The notes: generated by a model from the letters alone, not told the origin. A DNA stretch of 64,000 nucleotides from Lacipirellulaceae bacterium (GCA_044867485.1 JBIOVA010000218.1:16462-80461), one strand, 5' to 3'. Positions 1 through 10,440 are shown, numbered from the stretch's first letter. Translations and numbers: made by a program.

Positions 1-1053
1 CAAACCGGCGGTTTTGTCGCCTCCGCGGACCGACTTCAAATCCAGGACGGAACCTACGAACTGTTGGGCGGCGAATTGGTCGTCGGCCAACTGTCGATGG
101 GCGATCCCACGATCCCCGCCAGCTGGATCTCCGTCAGCCGCACGCCGGGATTCGTCCAAACCGGCGGAGCCGTTCATGTGATTGGCGACCTGGAAATGTG
201 CATTCCCGGTTTTATCTGGAACCCGATTCCCGTCCAGCCCATCACGGACGTGACCTATCGCTTGCATGCTGGCAGCTTGATTGTCGACGGCAATACAACG
301 GTTGGCAGCCTCGGCATGGCGCCGGTCAGCTTCCTCCAAACGGGAGGCTCGCATGCGGTTGGCGGAACGCTCCGCATCGAAGGCGAGCGAAGCGAGTATC
401 GACTCGGCGTCGGCGAGCTGCACGCCGGCGTTTTGGAAGTGGGCGCCAACGTGTTCAACCAGGGCGGAACGTTGAGCCTCGAAGCGCCGTCGGCAAGCGT
501 TGCTATTGAAACGCGGATGACGTTGGGCGCCGAAGCCAATTTTTCCAGCTCGCTGGGCGGATCGCTGCGGCTGGACGGCGCTGATCTGGAGATCCTTGGA
601 AATAACGCGAATCGGCTTGCCGGATTGGCGTCCGTCGCACTTGTGATTGAAGGCGGCGCCACGTGGTCGACGCTCGAGGCCGCCAGCCGCGATGAAGGCG
701 CTTATCCGGGCGCCTTCCTCGACAACTTCTGCATCGGCACGCTTCAGGTCGGCGGCGACGTCAGCGGTCGCTTGCATCTCGTTGACGAAGCGGATAACCA
801 CCCGGCAGGTGGTCTTGCCGGCGCGGTGTACGTCGATCGACTGATCGTCGCTCAAGGCTCATCGCTCGATCTGGGAGGCCTGCAGTTGTATTACCGCAGT
901 GCAGAGATTTCGGGAACCGTCATCGAATCGGGCGGCGCCATGTTCGCTATGGTCCCGGAACCTGAGGCGAGCCTCCTCATTGTCGCAAGTGCGTTATGTT
1001 TGCGGCGGCTGGGGAAGCCATCAACGGATCGCCGAAGAAATCACCTTCCCTAG
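1..1053 (+). CDS. PEP-CTERM sorting-domain surface protein, 5'-truncated by the window edge
   Basis: Frame 1 is open from base 1 (QTGGFVASADRLQIQDGTYELLGG...). Repeated QTGG beta-strand motifs. C-terminal VPEP + hydrophobic helix + RR is a PEP-CTERM tail. Confidence 0.85.
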   Translation, partial: QTGGFVASADRLQIQDGTYELLGGELVVGQLSMGDPTIPASWISVSRTPGFVQTGGAVHVIGDLEMCIPGFIWNPIPVQPITDVTYRLHAGSLIVDGNTTVGSLGMAPVSFLQTGGSHAVGGTLRIEGERSEYRLGVGELHAGVLEVGANVFNQGGTLSLEAPSASVAIETRMTLGAEANFSSSLGGSLRLDGADLEILGNNANRLAGLASVALVIEGGATWSTLEAASRDEGAYPGAFLDNFCIGTLQVGGDVSGRLHLVDEADNHPAGGLAGAVYVDRLIVAQGSSLDLGGLQLYYRSAEISGTVIESGGAMFAMVPEPEASLLIVASALCLRRLGKPSTDRRRNHLP

Positions 1054-1056
1054 GGC

Positions 1057-3444
1057 TTACGGGCTGGCCGGAAGCCGGAGCACCGTCAAGGAGTTGCCCG
1101 GCAGCGTCCGGCGGAAGGTCGGTCCTGAGATCTCGATCGACTCGGACTTCGGCGACACCTTCGTCGGTTCCTCCAGTGAGTTTTCGTCGGACGGATTCTC
1201 GGACGTGAGTACGATGGCCTGGGCCTTGCCAGCGACGTCCGCGACGCCGCGGAGATTGATCTCGGTTTCCGTCGGGCCGGCCGCCGCGTTCACGACCTTC
1301 AGAATTACTTCGCCGCTGGCTTCGTCGCGCGTGGCGCTGGCGAACATGCCGCCGGTCACGCGGAGCGTGTTCTTGATGTCATGGACCAGCTCGCCGTCGA
1401 GGTAGCACTTTACGCTTGCGCCACGGACTTCGATCTTGACGTCGTACCAGCGGCCGGTCTCGACGTCGCCGGGCCGGGCGCCCTGCGAGCCGCCAAGCTC
1501 GACGGCGTGCTGTGTGTTGTTCCAACCGGCAATATTCCACCATGTGCGATCTTCATCGCCGGTGATGTGGAAGAGAATCAGAAAGCCCTCGCGGCCTGCG
1601 ATCTTGCGGGCCTTCACCGTCAGATCGTAGTCCGTCCATGACGTGTCGCCGACAAGCGCCCGCACGAACTCCCGTTGGGCCGATTGCCGCAGCGCGCCGT
1701 CGACGACCGACCAATCGCCCTCGCCGTGGAAGTCCCAGCCTTTGCTGTCCTTGGAAAAGTCGCTCTCGAACAGCACCTTGCCGTCCGGCGCCGTGACCTT
1801 GACGTCCTTGAACTCCGCCTCAGTGTTCCACGTCCCGACGCCAATTCGGCCTTTGGGCGCCGCCTCTGGGACTTCCTCCGCGTCGACCTTCACCGGCAGC
1901 GTTACGTCGCCGCGATGTTCGCTGAACAACTTTTGCACGTAATAGCCGGGAATGCCGTACGCGCGTGAGCTATCGAAGTTGATGAGATCGGGGTTCCACC
2001 GGCGGTGGTTTACGTTGACCAATAGCGGCGCATAGCATGCCATCATCACCACGTCGGAGTTGCGTTCGATGCCGGTCATGAACGCCGCCTCGCCGATCGC
2101 CGCTCTCAGGTTGCCGGCGCCGCCGTTGCGCGTCACCGCGAACTCGCCGACAAACACCTTGGGCCCGTTGCGATCGTAGTCGTCGTAACGGCCGGCTTGC
2201 TGCATGAAAAACTCGGGCGTGTTGTAGTAGTGCTCGTCGACGATCTCCGGCATCGGCGACTGCGGATACCCGCCCTGCCAGTGGTTGGCAACCAGCACGA
2301 TCTCCGGATACTTTGCCTTGATCGCCTTGACGAACAACGGCCACCGTTCGCGATACGCCCCGCCACCGTTCTCGTTGCCGATTTCGAGATACTTCAAGTG
2401 GAACGGCTCGGGATGCCCGTTCTTGGCCCGCAAGCTGCCCCAGAGAGAATCGACCGGCCCGTTGGCGTATTCAATCGCATCGAGCGCATCCTGCACCCAC
2501 TGCCCCATCTGCTCCATCGGCGCCACCTCGCGATGGGACATGCCCGTATTAATGCAGAACAGCGGTTCGGCGCCCAAATCCTCGGACAACTGCAGGTACT
2601 CGTGATAGCCCAACCCGTGCGTCGCCATGTAGCCCCAAATGTTGTACAGCGGCGTCCGCTGCGAGACGTCGCCGATCGTGTTCTTCCACTTGTTCATGTG
2701 GGCCATGTCTTCGCCCTCGACCCAGCATCCGCCCGGAAAACGGAAGAACGATGGCCTCAAATCGGCAAGCATCTCGCACAAGTCGGGCCGCAGACCGTGC
2801 TGCTTCCAAGTGCGATTGGGCGTGAGCGAGACCATATCGAGGAACAGCGCCCCCGAGCCGCCGGCGCCTTCGATCTGTAGTTTTGCCTTGGGATCGCCAC
2901 CCGCCGCGGTGAGATCGAGCGAATGTTCCCGCCACCGCCGCGACAACTGCGTGAGGGTCCCCTTAGCCAACTCGCCCCCGCCGGCGCCGACGATCCGCAC
3001 CGTCACCGGCCCCTCGTACCCATCCGCCGCCCGGGCCACCAGCCGCAGCGTGTATCCTTCGCCCTCGACGATGTTCATGCCCCAGTAGCCTTCATTCTCC
3101 AGCACGAAATCCTCGCGCGAACGAATGCGGAGGCTCCCGCGATTGAGCGGGTTGAGCGGCGTCGTATCGTCGATCGCCAACTCCGTTTGCGCGTCGTCGC
3201 CGACGAGTTTCCAGTAGTCGGGCTTGGTCGACTCGTTAAACGATCGATTCCGCACCAACTCAGGATAGATTCCGCCGTCAGCGGACAGGTTGATGTCCTC
3301 GAAGAAGATGCCCCACAATGTGGGCGCGACGCGATGCCCAGGCTGGTCGACTTGCACGTCGATCGTGGCGGCGCGTGTCGTGAAGGCAGAAGCTAACGCA
3401 GTCGCCCACATCACCGCGTAGAGAATTCGCTTCATGTCATGCAC
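1057..3444 (-). CDS. Secreted alpha-L-arabinofuranosidase (GH51) with an inserted beta-sandwich (LamG/DUF1080-like) domain
   Basis: Signal peptide. GH51 motifs LWGIFFEDIN, FRFPGGC, YLEIGNEN, DEHYY, VFVGEFA, ACYAPLL. Extra ~170-aa segment IGVGTWNTEAEF...CYLDGE before the C-terminal LKVVNA segment. Confidence 0.9.
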   Translation of the reverse strand: MHDMKRILYAVMWATALASAFTTRAATIDVQVDQPGHRVAPTLWGIFFEDINLSADGGIYPELVRNRSFNESTKPDYWKLVGDDAQTELAIDDTTPLNPLNRGSLRIRSREDFVLENEGYWGMNIVEGEGYTLRLVARAADGYEGPVTVRIVGAGGGELAKGTLTQLSRRWREHSLDLTAAGGDPKAKLQIEGAGGSGALFLDMVSLTPNRTWKQHGLRPDLCEMLADLRPSFFRFPGGCWVEGEDMAHMNKWKNTIGDVSQRTPLYNIWGYMATHGLGYHEYLQLSEDLGAEPLFCINTGMSHREVAPMEQMGQWVQDALDAIEYANGPVDSLWGSLRAKNGHPEPFHLKYLEIGNENGGGAYRERWPLFVKAIKAKYPEIVLVANHWQGGYPQSPMPEIVDEHYYNTPEFFMQQAGRYDDYDRNGPKVFVGEFAVTRNGGAGNLRAAIGEAAFMTGIERNSDVVMMACYAPLLVNVNHRRWNPDLINFDSSRAYGIPGYYVQKLFSEHRGDVTLPVKVDAEEVPEAAPKGRIGVGTWNTEAEFKDVKVTAPDGKVLFESDFSKDSKGWDFHGEGDWSVVDGALRQSAQREFVRALVGDTSWTDYDLTVKARKIAGREGFLILFHITGDEDRTWWNIAGWNNTQHAVELGGSQGARPGDVETGRWYDVKIEVRGASVKCYLDGELVHDIKNTLRVTGGMFASATRDEASGEVILKVVNAAAGPTETEINLRGVADVAGKAQAIVLTSENPSDENSLEEPTKVSPKSESIEISGPTFRRTLPGNSLTVLRLPASP

Positions 3445-3634
3445 CCCCGGAGGAAAAGCGTAAGTGGTCGTCTGACGCGGCTCGCAGGTCCATCGCCCGC
3501 AGTAGGAATTGCGCAGAGTCAGACGCCCAGAAAGGGCGTCGGAGACTCAATTAGACGATGCCGCATCGCGGATGCCTAGAATGCACCCCGGCCAGATTCA
3601 TCGCAAAAAGTTTTAGTTTTTGCGAAGCAACGAC

Positions 3635-5020
3635 TCACGCCGACTTCTCCAGCGACCCCGTCTGATTCAGCTTGTTGTACAGCGTCTTCAGGCTGATCCC
3701 GAGCTGATCGGCGGCCTTCGGCTTGTTGCCGCCGGTGCGTTCCAGCGCGTCGTGGATCGCTTCCATCTCCAGCTCCCGCAGCGTCATGACGCCCGGCCGC
3801 TGCCGAGCATTGCCCACAAGCTGCCGGCTGTCGAACCTTTGCGGCAAGTGCTCGCGGCGGATCGGGCCGCTATCGCACAAAATCGTGGCGTGCTCGATCA
3901 CGTTGGCCAGCTCGCGCACGTTGCCCGGCCAGACATGCCCGCGAAGGGCCGCAATCGCATCGTCCGCGATCTCGGCATCTCCCTCGCGCACACCCCTGCG
4001 ATGTCGCGCCAACAGGAACCGGGCCAGCTCCGGCACATCGTCGATTCGTTCCCGCAGCGCCGGCAGGTGAATCTCGAACGTGTTGATCCGGTACATCAAG
4101 TCTTCGCGAAAGTCCTCCGCGGCGACCATCTCCGGCAAATTGCGATGCGTGGCGCACACCACCCGCACGTCGACCATGATCGGCTTGTTCTCGCCCACGC
4201 GGCGAATCTCGCCGCTCTCCAGCACCCGCAATAACTTCGGCTGCATCGACCGCGGCAGCTCGCCGATTTCGTCGAGAAAAATCGTCCCGCCGTGGGCCAC
4301 CTCGAACAGACCGACGCGGTGCTCGTCGGCCCCCGTGAACGCGCCCTTGCGATGGCCGAACAGCTCACTCTCGATGAGCGTCTCCGGCAGTCCGCCACAA
4401 TTCACCGCCACAAACGGCGCCCCGGCCCGCGTGCTCTGCTCGTGCAACGACCGTGCGACCAATTCCTTGCCCGTGCCTGTTTCGCCAAGCACTAGCACTG
4501 TGGAGCTCGTCGGCGCCACTTTCTCGATGAGCAGCCGCACCTTGTGCATGGCCGGCGTGCCGCCGATCAGCCGCGGCGTGCCTTCGAGCCGCCGCACCTG
4601 GTGCTCCAGCGCCCGGTTCTTCTGCTCTAACCGTTTCTTCTCGGCGACGCGCTTGAGCAGCGCCTCGATCTCGATCAACCGACACGGCTTCGTGAGATAG
4701 TCGAACGCCCCGTGCCGCAGCGCGGCGATCGCCGTGTCCAGCGTTCCCTTGCCCGTGAGCACGACCGCCTCGGTCTCCGGTGAGCTCTCCTTGCACTTGG
4801 CGATGACGCCGATGCCGTCGAGTCCCGGCATGTCGAGGTCGACGATGATGCAGTCGTAGGTGTTCTTCTCGAGCGCCGCGACGGCCGTGGCGCCGTCAGG
4901 GCACACGGTGGCCCGGTGGCCCAGCCGCGGCAGCTCGAGCTTCATCAGTTCCTGCAGCGAGGGCTCGTCGTCGGCAAACAACAGCGTCAGTCCGGGACCG
5001 TTAGGCGGCTTGGTGGCGAT
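3635..5020 (-). CDS. Sigma-54-dependent response regulator (NtrC family: REC-AAA+-HTH); start uncertain (TTG 4981 or ATC 5020)
   Basis: FADDE receiver start, DLDMPGLDG, GETGTGKE Walker A, GAFTGA loop, FLDEIGE, WPGNVREL and a Fis-type HTH (NKPKAADQLGISLKTLYNKL). Confidence 0.93.
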   Translation of the reverse strand: MATKPPNGPGLTLLFADDEPSLQELMKLELPRLGHRATVCPDGATAVAALEKNTYDCIIVDLDMPGLDGIGVIAKCKESSPETEAVVLTGKGTLDTAIAALRHGAFDYLTKPCRLIEIEALLKRVAEKKRLEQKNRALEHQVRRLEGTPRLIGGTPAMHKVRLLIEKVAPTSSTVLVLGETGTGKELVARSLHEQSTRAGAPFVAVNCGGLPETLIESELFGHRKGAFTGADEHRVGLFEVAHGGTIFLDEIGELPRSMQPKLLRVLESGEIRRVGENKPIMVDVRVVCATHRNLPEMVAAEDFREDLMYRINTFEIHLPALRERIDDVPELARFLLARHRRGVREGDAEIADDAIAALRGHVWPGNVRELANVIEHATILCDSGPIRREHLPQRFDSRQLVGNARQRPGVMTLRELEMEAIHDALERTGGNKPKAADQLGISLKTLYNKLNQTGSLEKSA

Positions 5021-6644
5021 GATGGGCCTCCTTCTGCGTTTCCAAGGCGGGCAATGTCACGACGAGCCGCGATCCCCGGCCGGGGCCGTCGCTGGTCGCG
5101 TCGATGTTCCCGCAGTGCTCTTCAATGATGCGATGCGTGATCGATAACCCGAGTCCGATCCCCTGCCCCGACCGCCGGCTCGTGTAAAACGGCTCGAACA
5201 GATGCTTGAGCACTTCCTCAGTCATGCCGCAGCCATTGTCCTCGACGACAATCCGCACGCGATCACCATGCCGGTCGAGCGACACCGCCACCCGGCCACC
5301 GGCGTCGAGGCTTTCCAGGGCGTTGCTCATCAGGTTGAGCATCACCTGCTTCATCTCCTGCGAATTGACCGACGCCAACACGGGGGGCCCCGGCGCCAAC
5401 TCCAGCCGCTTGTCCTGATACTTGCCCAAGTGGCCGACCATCTCGATCACTTCGACGGCCAACATGCGCAAGTCGGCGGCATGCCGTTCGGAATCGCCGC
5501 GGCGGGCGAAATCGAGGAGCTTCTCGGTGATCTGTTTGCAGCGAAACGCCTCCCGTTGGATCATCTGCAAATAGTTGCGGACAATCTTGACGTCCTCCGC
5601 CCGCTCGCCGCCCACGCCGTCGAGCAGCTCATGCATGCGGCTTTCGAGCGACTCGCTGCAGAGGGCAATCGACGCCAACGGGTTGTTGATTTCGTGCGAC
5701 ACGCCCGCCGCCAGAAAGCCGACGCTGGCAAGCTGCTCGCTGCGCAGGACTTGGTTGGTCCGCTCGCGCACCTGCCGGTCGAGGTCGTCGCGAATGTTGC
5801 GAAACTTGGCGGTCATGTCGTTCATGGCGTCGGCCAGCTCGCCGAGTTCGTCGCGTGTGGCCAGCGCGATGCGGTGCTCGAACTTCCCCGCCGCGACTTG
5901 CCGCGAGCCGTCCACGAGCACTTGCAGCGGATTGGCGAACCACAGATAGAAAGCCCGTGTGGACCCCGCCAGAACGACCACGGCCAGGATGGCGTTCACC
6001 CACGCCGTCACAATGGCGGTGCGATACTGCGCTCGCACATCGTCGGAGAGCGCCTGCAGTCGCTTGTGCAGATGACTTGGCAGGTCGGCGGCCAGCGACT
6101 GCAATTGCTCGACCTCCCGAAGCAGTTGTCCAATGGACGCCTGTTGCTCGAGCGATCCGCCGAGCGGCTGCGCCCGCAACTCGGCGATTACCGCGTCGAT
6201 CTTTGCAAGCGTCGCGCGCTCGCCGCCGTCGTCCGCCAGACGCGACGCCGCATCGACGGGACTCTCGTTGAGCTCCCGTCGGTAGCGATTCACCGCGTCG
6301 ACCAGAACGTCGAGCTGCGTGCGAAAGTGCCCGTCGAGCATCTTCGTCCACTGGTCCGCCACCGCCTCGGCGGCGTCGGCCGACTCGTCGGTTGTCAGGC
6401 CCGCTTCGACGAAGCTCAACTCTTGCCGCTCGTTGGCCTGGCTCAGCGTGACCCGCAGGTCGCTCACATGTTGCAAGACGTTGCTCGCCAGCGGCAGCTC
6501 CGCCGATCGGGCCTTGAGGCTGCGCACCAGCTCGCGGTATGCGTACAGCCCGTAGATTGCGCTGCCGAACAGCGCAAACACAGTGACGAAGAGCAGGCCG
6601 AGGCCCAGCTTGAGCTTCGTGCGAATGGGCCAATGCGAGAGCAC
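5001..6644 (-). CDS. Membrane sensor histidine kinase with HAMP domain, cognate to the downstream regulator
   Basis: Two TM helices, HAMP (DELGELADAMNDM), H-box HEINNPL, N-box NLMSNA, G boxes DNGCGM and GLGLSI. GTG start at 6644 follows an AGGAGG SD at 6652-6657. Confidence 0.92.
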   Translation of the reverse strand: MLSHWPIRTKLKLGLGLLFVTVFALFGSAIYGLYAYRELVRSLKARSAELPLASNVLQHVSDLRVTLSQANERQELSFVEAGLTTDESADAAEAVADQWTKMLDGHFRTQLDVLVDAVNRYRRELNESPVDAASRLADDGGERATLAKIDAVIAELRAQPLGGSLEQQASIGQLLREVEQLQSLAADLPSHLHKRLQALSDDVRAQYRTAIVTAWVNAILAVVVLAGSTRAFYLWFANPLQVLVDGSRQVAAGKFEHRIALATRDELGELADAMNDMTAKFRNIRDDLDRQVRERTNQVLRSEQLASVGFLAAGVSHEINNPLASIALCSESLESRMHELLDGVGGERAEDVKIVRNYLQMIQREAFRCKQITEKLLDFARRGDSERHAADLRMLAVEVIEMVGHLGKYQDKRLELAPGPPVLASVNSQEMKQVMLNLMSNALESLDAGGRVAVSLDRHGDRVRIVVEDNGCGMTEEVLKHLFEPFYTSRRSGQGIGLGLSITHRIIEEHCGNIDATSDGPGRGSRLVVTLPALETQKEAHHRHQAA

Positions 6645-6801
6645 GCGGCGACCTCCTTGTCGCTTGCTGCAGCTCGGCCATGTCGAGCGGGGGTCGGCCG
6701 GCGGTCTTCCTGACTCGGCCTTAACGGGAGCGGGAGTGTACCGCCGCGGCGCAAGAGCCGGCAACCGCATTGTCGCCGCCCGCCGTTAGCCCAAATCCCC
6801 T

Positions 6802-6873
6802 TGTTAGCCGCGACGCAAAGGTCCGCCGCAGCGGAGCGCTCCGCAACGGAAGACCTTGGCGTCGCGGTTAACA
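6802..6873. repeat. Nested REP-like palindrome (family A: GTTAGCCGCGACGC...GCGTCGCGGYTAAC)
   Basis: Arms TGTTAGCCGCGACGC (6802-6816) and GCGTCGCGGTTAACA (6859-6873) differ at one position. Inner AAGGTC/GACCTT pair and a perfect 14-bp GCGGAGCGCTCCGC core. Confidence 0.8.
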
Positions 6874-6911
6874 CGCCATGGGACAACGACGACAAACGAA
6901 GCCGTTCCGAT

Positions 6912-8096
6912 TCAGAACCGCACCACCCGCCGCACGAGCCACACTCCCAAACCCGCTAGCACAAGGTTCCCCAGCCACACCGCTTGCGGCGGCACGACGC
7001 CGTCCTTCGCCTGGTCCACCATGCCCACCAGCATCGGGTAGTACAGCAGCAGGATCGGCAGGAAGCAGATGAAGAAGCTTCCCCAGAACTCGCCGTGTTT
7101 GCGGCGAATCGCCAGCGGAGCCCCGATCAGCACAAACCCCAGGCAACTGAACCCATTGGCCCACCGGCGATGCGGCTCCGTGTTCAACCGGTACAACCAT
7201 CGCTGGCTGCTGACCAGGTCCGATTCCCGCCGCTGCCACGACGCCTGCGACAGCTCGCTCAGGTTCCCCAGCAGCAGCGCCGCACCTGCGTCGGCCGCCA
7301 TCTCGTGCTTGACCTGGGCGATCGACTCGGCCTGCTTGACCTTCGCCGGGCCGATCTCATTGAGCGCGTAGTCCGACGGCGTGCGGCTGGCCGCGCTGCG
7401 GCCGGTGATCTCGTCCAACGGAAACGACCGCACGAACTCCCCAGGGTGGGTGATCGACCAGCCGTTCATGTCCGCCTCGGCGTTGTACAACCGAATCGTG
7501 ATCGCGTTCGCCGCGGGGTCCGCCTCCAGTTCCGCGGCGTCGGCCTTCACCACCGACGGCGGCCGCCCGTCCGGCGCGCGAAACTGGATAATCGGCTTGA
7601 CGAGCTGCCGCCCCGCGACATCGCGGACGTTCACCTCCAGCCGGTCGTTGCTGTAGCTCCGCACGGTACGTAGCCGCCCGTAGACGATTTCCTCGAGCGA
7701 TTCCAGGATGACGCGATCGACCCCGCCGCGGCCCCACGACACGGCCACGTCGTTGAGCACCACCGATACGAGACTCAGCGCCCCGGACAGCAGCACCGCG
7801 GGCCAGATCATTACCAGTGGCGAGATACCGAGCGACTTGATCGCCGTCATCTCGTTGGACGCCGCCACGCGGCCAAACACGCTCGTGGCCGCCATCAGCA
7901 ACCCGCCCGGCACGGCAAACTGCATCGCCTGCGGCAGCATGTACGGCAGCAGCCGCAGGATGGGCGACAGCCCCAATCCGTTCTCGACGGCCTCCTTGCC
8001 GATGAGCGCAACGAACACCAACCCCGTCATCGTGGCCAGCGTGGCCAGAAAAACAGCGGTCACTTCCCAGAGGATATAGCGGGTAAGGATGCGCAT
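6912..8096 (-). CDS. LptF/LptG family LPS-export permease
   Basis: MRILTRYILWE start, ASNEMTAIKSLGIS motif, 3+3 TM layout, HRRWANGFSCL and W-L-G-N-L C-terminus. Confidence 0.88.
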   Translation of the reverse strand: MRILTRYILWEVTAVFLATLATMTGLVFVALIGKEAVENGLGLSPILRLLPYMLPQAMQFAVPGGLLMAATSVFGRVAASNEMTAIKSLGISPLVMIWPAVLLSGALSLVSVVLNDVAVSWGRGGVDRVILESLEEIVYGRLRTVRSYSNDRLEVNVRDVAGRQLVKPIIQFRAPDGRPPSVVKADAAELEADPAANAITIRLYNAEADMNGWSITHPGEFVRSFPLDEITGRSAASRTPSDYALNEIGPAKVKQAESIAQVKHEMAADAGAALLLGNLSELSQASWQRRESDLVSSQRWLYRLNTEPHRRWANGFSCLGFVLIGAPLAIRRKHGEFWGSFFICFLPILLLYYPMLVGMVDQAKDGVVPPQAVWLGNLVLAGLGVWLVRRVVRF

Positions 8097-8253
8097 CGCG
8101 GCAGGCGCGCGATGCGCACCCGGCCGCGGACTGTAGCAGACGGAACCGCCGCCGCGGAATGACACTTGCCGCCCATGCTAGCGCCGCCCGCAATGATCGC
8201 CGTCGCATTAGCCGGCACCGCGAGCGATGCCGCGTCTCGGGGAAATCAACCCC

Positions 8254-9585
8254 TCACTCTCCCGCGAGATTGATCCCCGAATCCGTCCCCGGCGGCCCGC
8301 TTCGCATGTCGCGAACCGCTTGCATCAGCCGCCGCACGGCGCTGGAGTACGCCACAACCGCGGCCGTGAAGTCGCCGGCCGCGATCGCCCGATACGCCTG
8401 GCCGCGATCTTCGTGAATTTCACGCCAATCGAACGGCCATTTCCGCTGGGTTTCGAGATCTTCAAGCTCGCGAACGATCTCGCTGAGCATCTCAATGTTT
8501 TCTGCCGTGGGCTCGGCCGCATGCCGGCGGTAGGGCGCCTTGCCGAACGAGCCGCTCATCCGTCCCTTGCCTTCAGGTTGCTGGCCGCCGAACCGCCGCG
8601 CCGCCCACGCCACGATGGCTCCCAGGCCGACGCCGCCGACCGCAATGGCGCCTAGCGTATATCCGGCGATGGTGAGACCCGCAGCCGCCAACGCCGCGAC
8701 CGCGACCCCGCCGCCGACCAGCAGATCGTCGCGACGCCACGCGGGCGGCGCTCCGTTTTCACTCGCCCCATTACCGCAGTGCTGCTTGCCGCGCACTCGC
8801 CCCGGGTCGTCGACCTCGGCCACGATCGCCGTGATGTTGTCCGGTCCGCCCCGCAGATTCGCCAAATCGACCAGCGTCTGCGCCGCCTCATCGGGCGCCA
8901 GCGATGCGAGCACCATGCCGATCAACTGCGGCTGCAGCGGCCCCGACAGCCCGTCGCTGCACAACAGATACCGGTCGCCCGGCTTCACCGGCAGCGGACC
9001 CTCCAGGTCCACCTTGACCGTGGGATGTGGGCCCAGCGAACGCGTGATGACGTTCTTTGGTACATACGCCGGCACCTCATCCTCCGAGGCGTGCCCTGCC
9101 GCGGCCATCTCCCATACCAGACTGTGATCGAACGTGAGTTGCTCGAACGTCTTGCCGCGCAGCCGATACACGCGGCTATCGCCCACGTGGGCCGCCAGCG
9201 CGCCGTCCGGCAGCAGCAGCAGGCAACTGCACGTGGTGCCCATGCCGTGGAAGTCGACGCTGTTTTGCCCCTTGGCGTAGATGCGACCGTTAGCATCCTC
9301 GACCGCGGCGACGATCGACTCGCACGGCGCCAGGTCGCGCCGCTTGAGATAGGCGTGCGGGATGTTGTCGGTGGCCAATTGGCTGGCGAGTTCCCCCGCA
9401 GCATGGGCGCCCATCCCGTCGGCGACCACAAACAAATGCCCGCGGCAGCGGAGTTGCTTCTCGTCTTCGGCCAGTGCGACGGCCAGCGAGTCCTGATTGC
9501 TCGTGCGACGCATCCCCACGTCGCTGACCGCGGCGCAAAGAACCCCGCCGGCCGATCGCGTCAGTTTGACCGTGGGTTTCGACAC
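8254..9585 (-). CDS. PP2C-family Ser/Thr protein phosphatase with C-terminal TM segments
   Basis: SDVGMRRTSNQD, VADGMGAH, MGTT, HVGDSR, LCSDGL and GGPDNIT motifs, followed by two hydrophobic helices and a helical tail. Confidence 0.92.
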   Translation of the reverse strand: MSKPTVKLTRSAGGVLCAAVSDVGMRRTSNQDSLAVALAEDEKQLRCRGHLFVVADGMGAHAAGELASQLATDNIPHAYLKRRDLAPCESIVAAVEDANGRIYAKGQNSVDFHGMGTTCSCLLLLPDGALAAHVGDSRVYRLRGKTFEQLTFDHSLVWEMAAAGHASEDEVPAYVPKNVITRSLGPHPTVKVDLEGPLPVKPGDRYLLCSDGLSGPLQPQLIGMVLASLAPDEAAQTLVDLANLRGGPDNITAIVAEVDDPGRVRGKQHCGNGASENGAPPAWRRDDLLVGGGVAVAALAAAGLTIAGYTLGAIAVGGVGLGAIVAWAARRFGGQQPEGKGRMSGSFGKAPYRRHAAEPTAENIEMLSEIVRELEDLETQRKWPFDWREIHEDRGQAYRAIAAGDFTAAVVAYSSAVRRLMQAVRDMRSGPPGTDSGINLAGE

Positions 9586-9795
9586 CGCCGCTCACTTCCC
9601 TGGCGCCATTCACATTCGTCGCCTATGCCCCGAGTCCCCATCTTAATTGTCTCGCGTTGCTAGCAACAGGATGTCAGTGGGCCGATTTCGAGGCCAAGTG
9701 GGCCCTGCCTGCACCGGCGGCAAGTGGCCAAACTCGCATGGCCCGCTGCTTCGTCGCGCCCTACAATCTCGCCGCTTTTCCCCCGCGAAATCTGC

Positions 9796-10440
9796 ATGAA
9801 GCTCTCGTCTCCAACATCGCCGCGCCTGCGCTGCGCCCTGGTCGCCGTAGCGCTTGTCGCGATCGCATTGCCCACCGGCTGCGTCCGCCGCCGGCTAATG
9901 GTCCGCAGCGATCCGCCCGGGGCAATGGTCTATGTCGACAACCAGCCCATCGGCACGACGCCCTGCGCCACGTCGTTCGTTTACTACGGCACGCGCGAGA
10001 TTCGGTTGGTGAAGCCCGGCTACGAAACGCTCACGGTGAAACAGCCGATCCCGGCGCCGTGGTACGAAATCCCGCCGATCGACTTCCTCAGCGAGAACGT
10101 GGCGCCCAGCGAGATCCAAGACTTCCGCACGGTCACGTACAACTTGTCGCCGCAGATTATCGTGCCGACGGACCAGCTCGTCGCGCGCGGCGAGCAACTG
10201 CGATCGGCGACACAGCAAGGCGCGGTGCTCCCCGCTGGCGCGGAGGTCGCGCCAGGCTCGCCGCTGCTCAACCCGCCGACGATCACGTCGCCGGCCGTGG
10301 GCATTCCGGGCCCGCTGCTCGCCCCGCCGTCGTGGGCGCCCGAGCCCGTGTCCCCGGGGATCCTCGTCCCAACCACCCCCGGCCGCAGCGTCCTCCCACC
10401 TGGTGGCCGCCCGCTGGAACCCCTCCCGGCGCCGCAATAA
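9796..10440 (+). CDS. PEGA-domain lipoprotein with a Pro-rich tail
   Basis: Lipobox-like LPTGC followed by VRSDPPGAMVYVDNQPIGTTP (PEGA pattern). Confidence 0.8.
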   Translation: MKLSSPTSPRLRCALVAVALVAIALPTGCVRRRLMVRSDPPGAMVYVDNQPIGTTPCATSFVYYGTREIRLVKPGYETLTVKQPIPAPWYEIPPIDFLSENVAPSEIQDFRTVTYNLSPQIIVPTDQLVARGEQLRSATQQGAVLPAGAEVAPGSPLLNPPTITSPAVGIPGPLLAPPSWAPEPVSPGILVPTTPGRSVLPPGGRPLEPLPAPQ

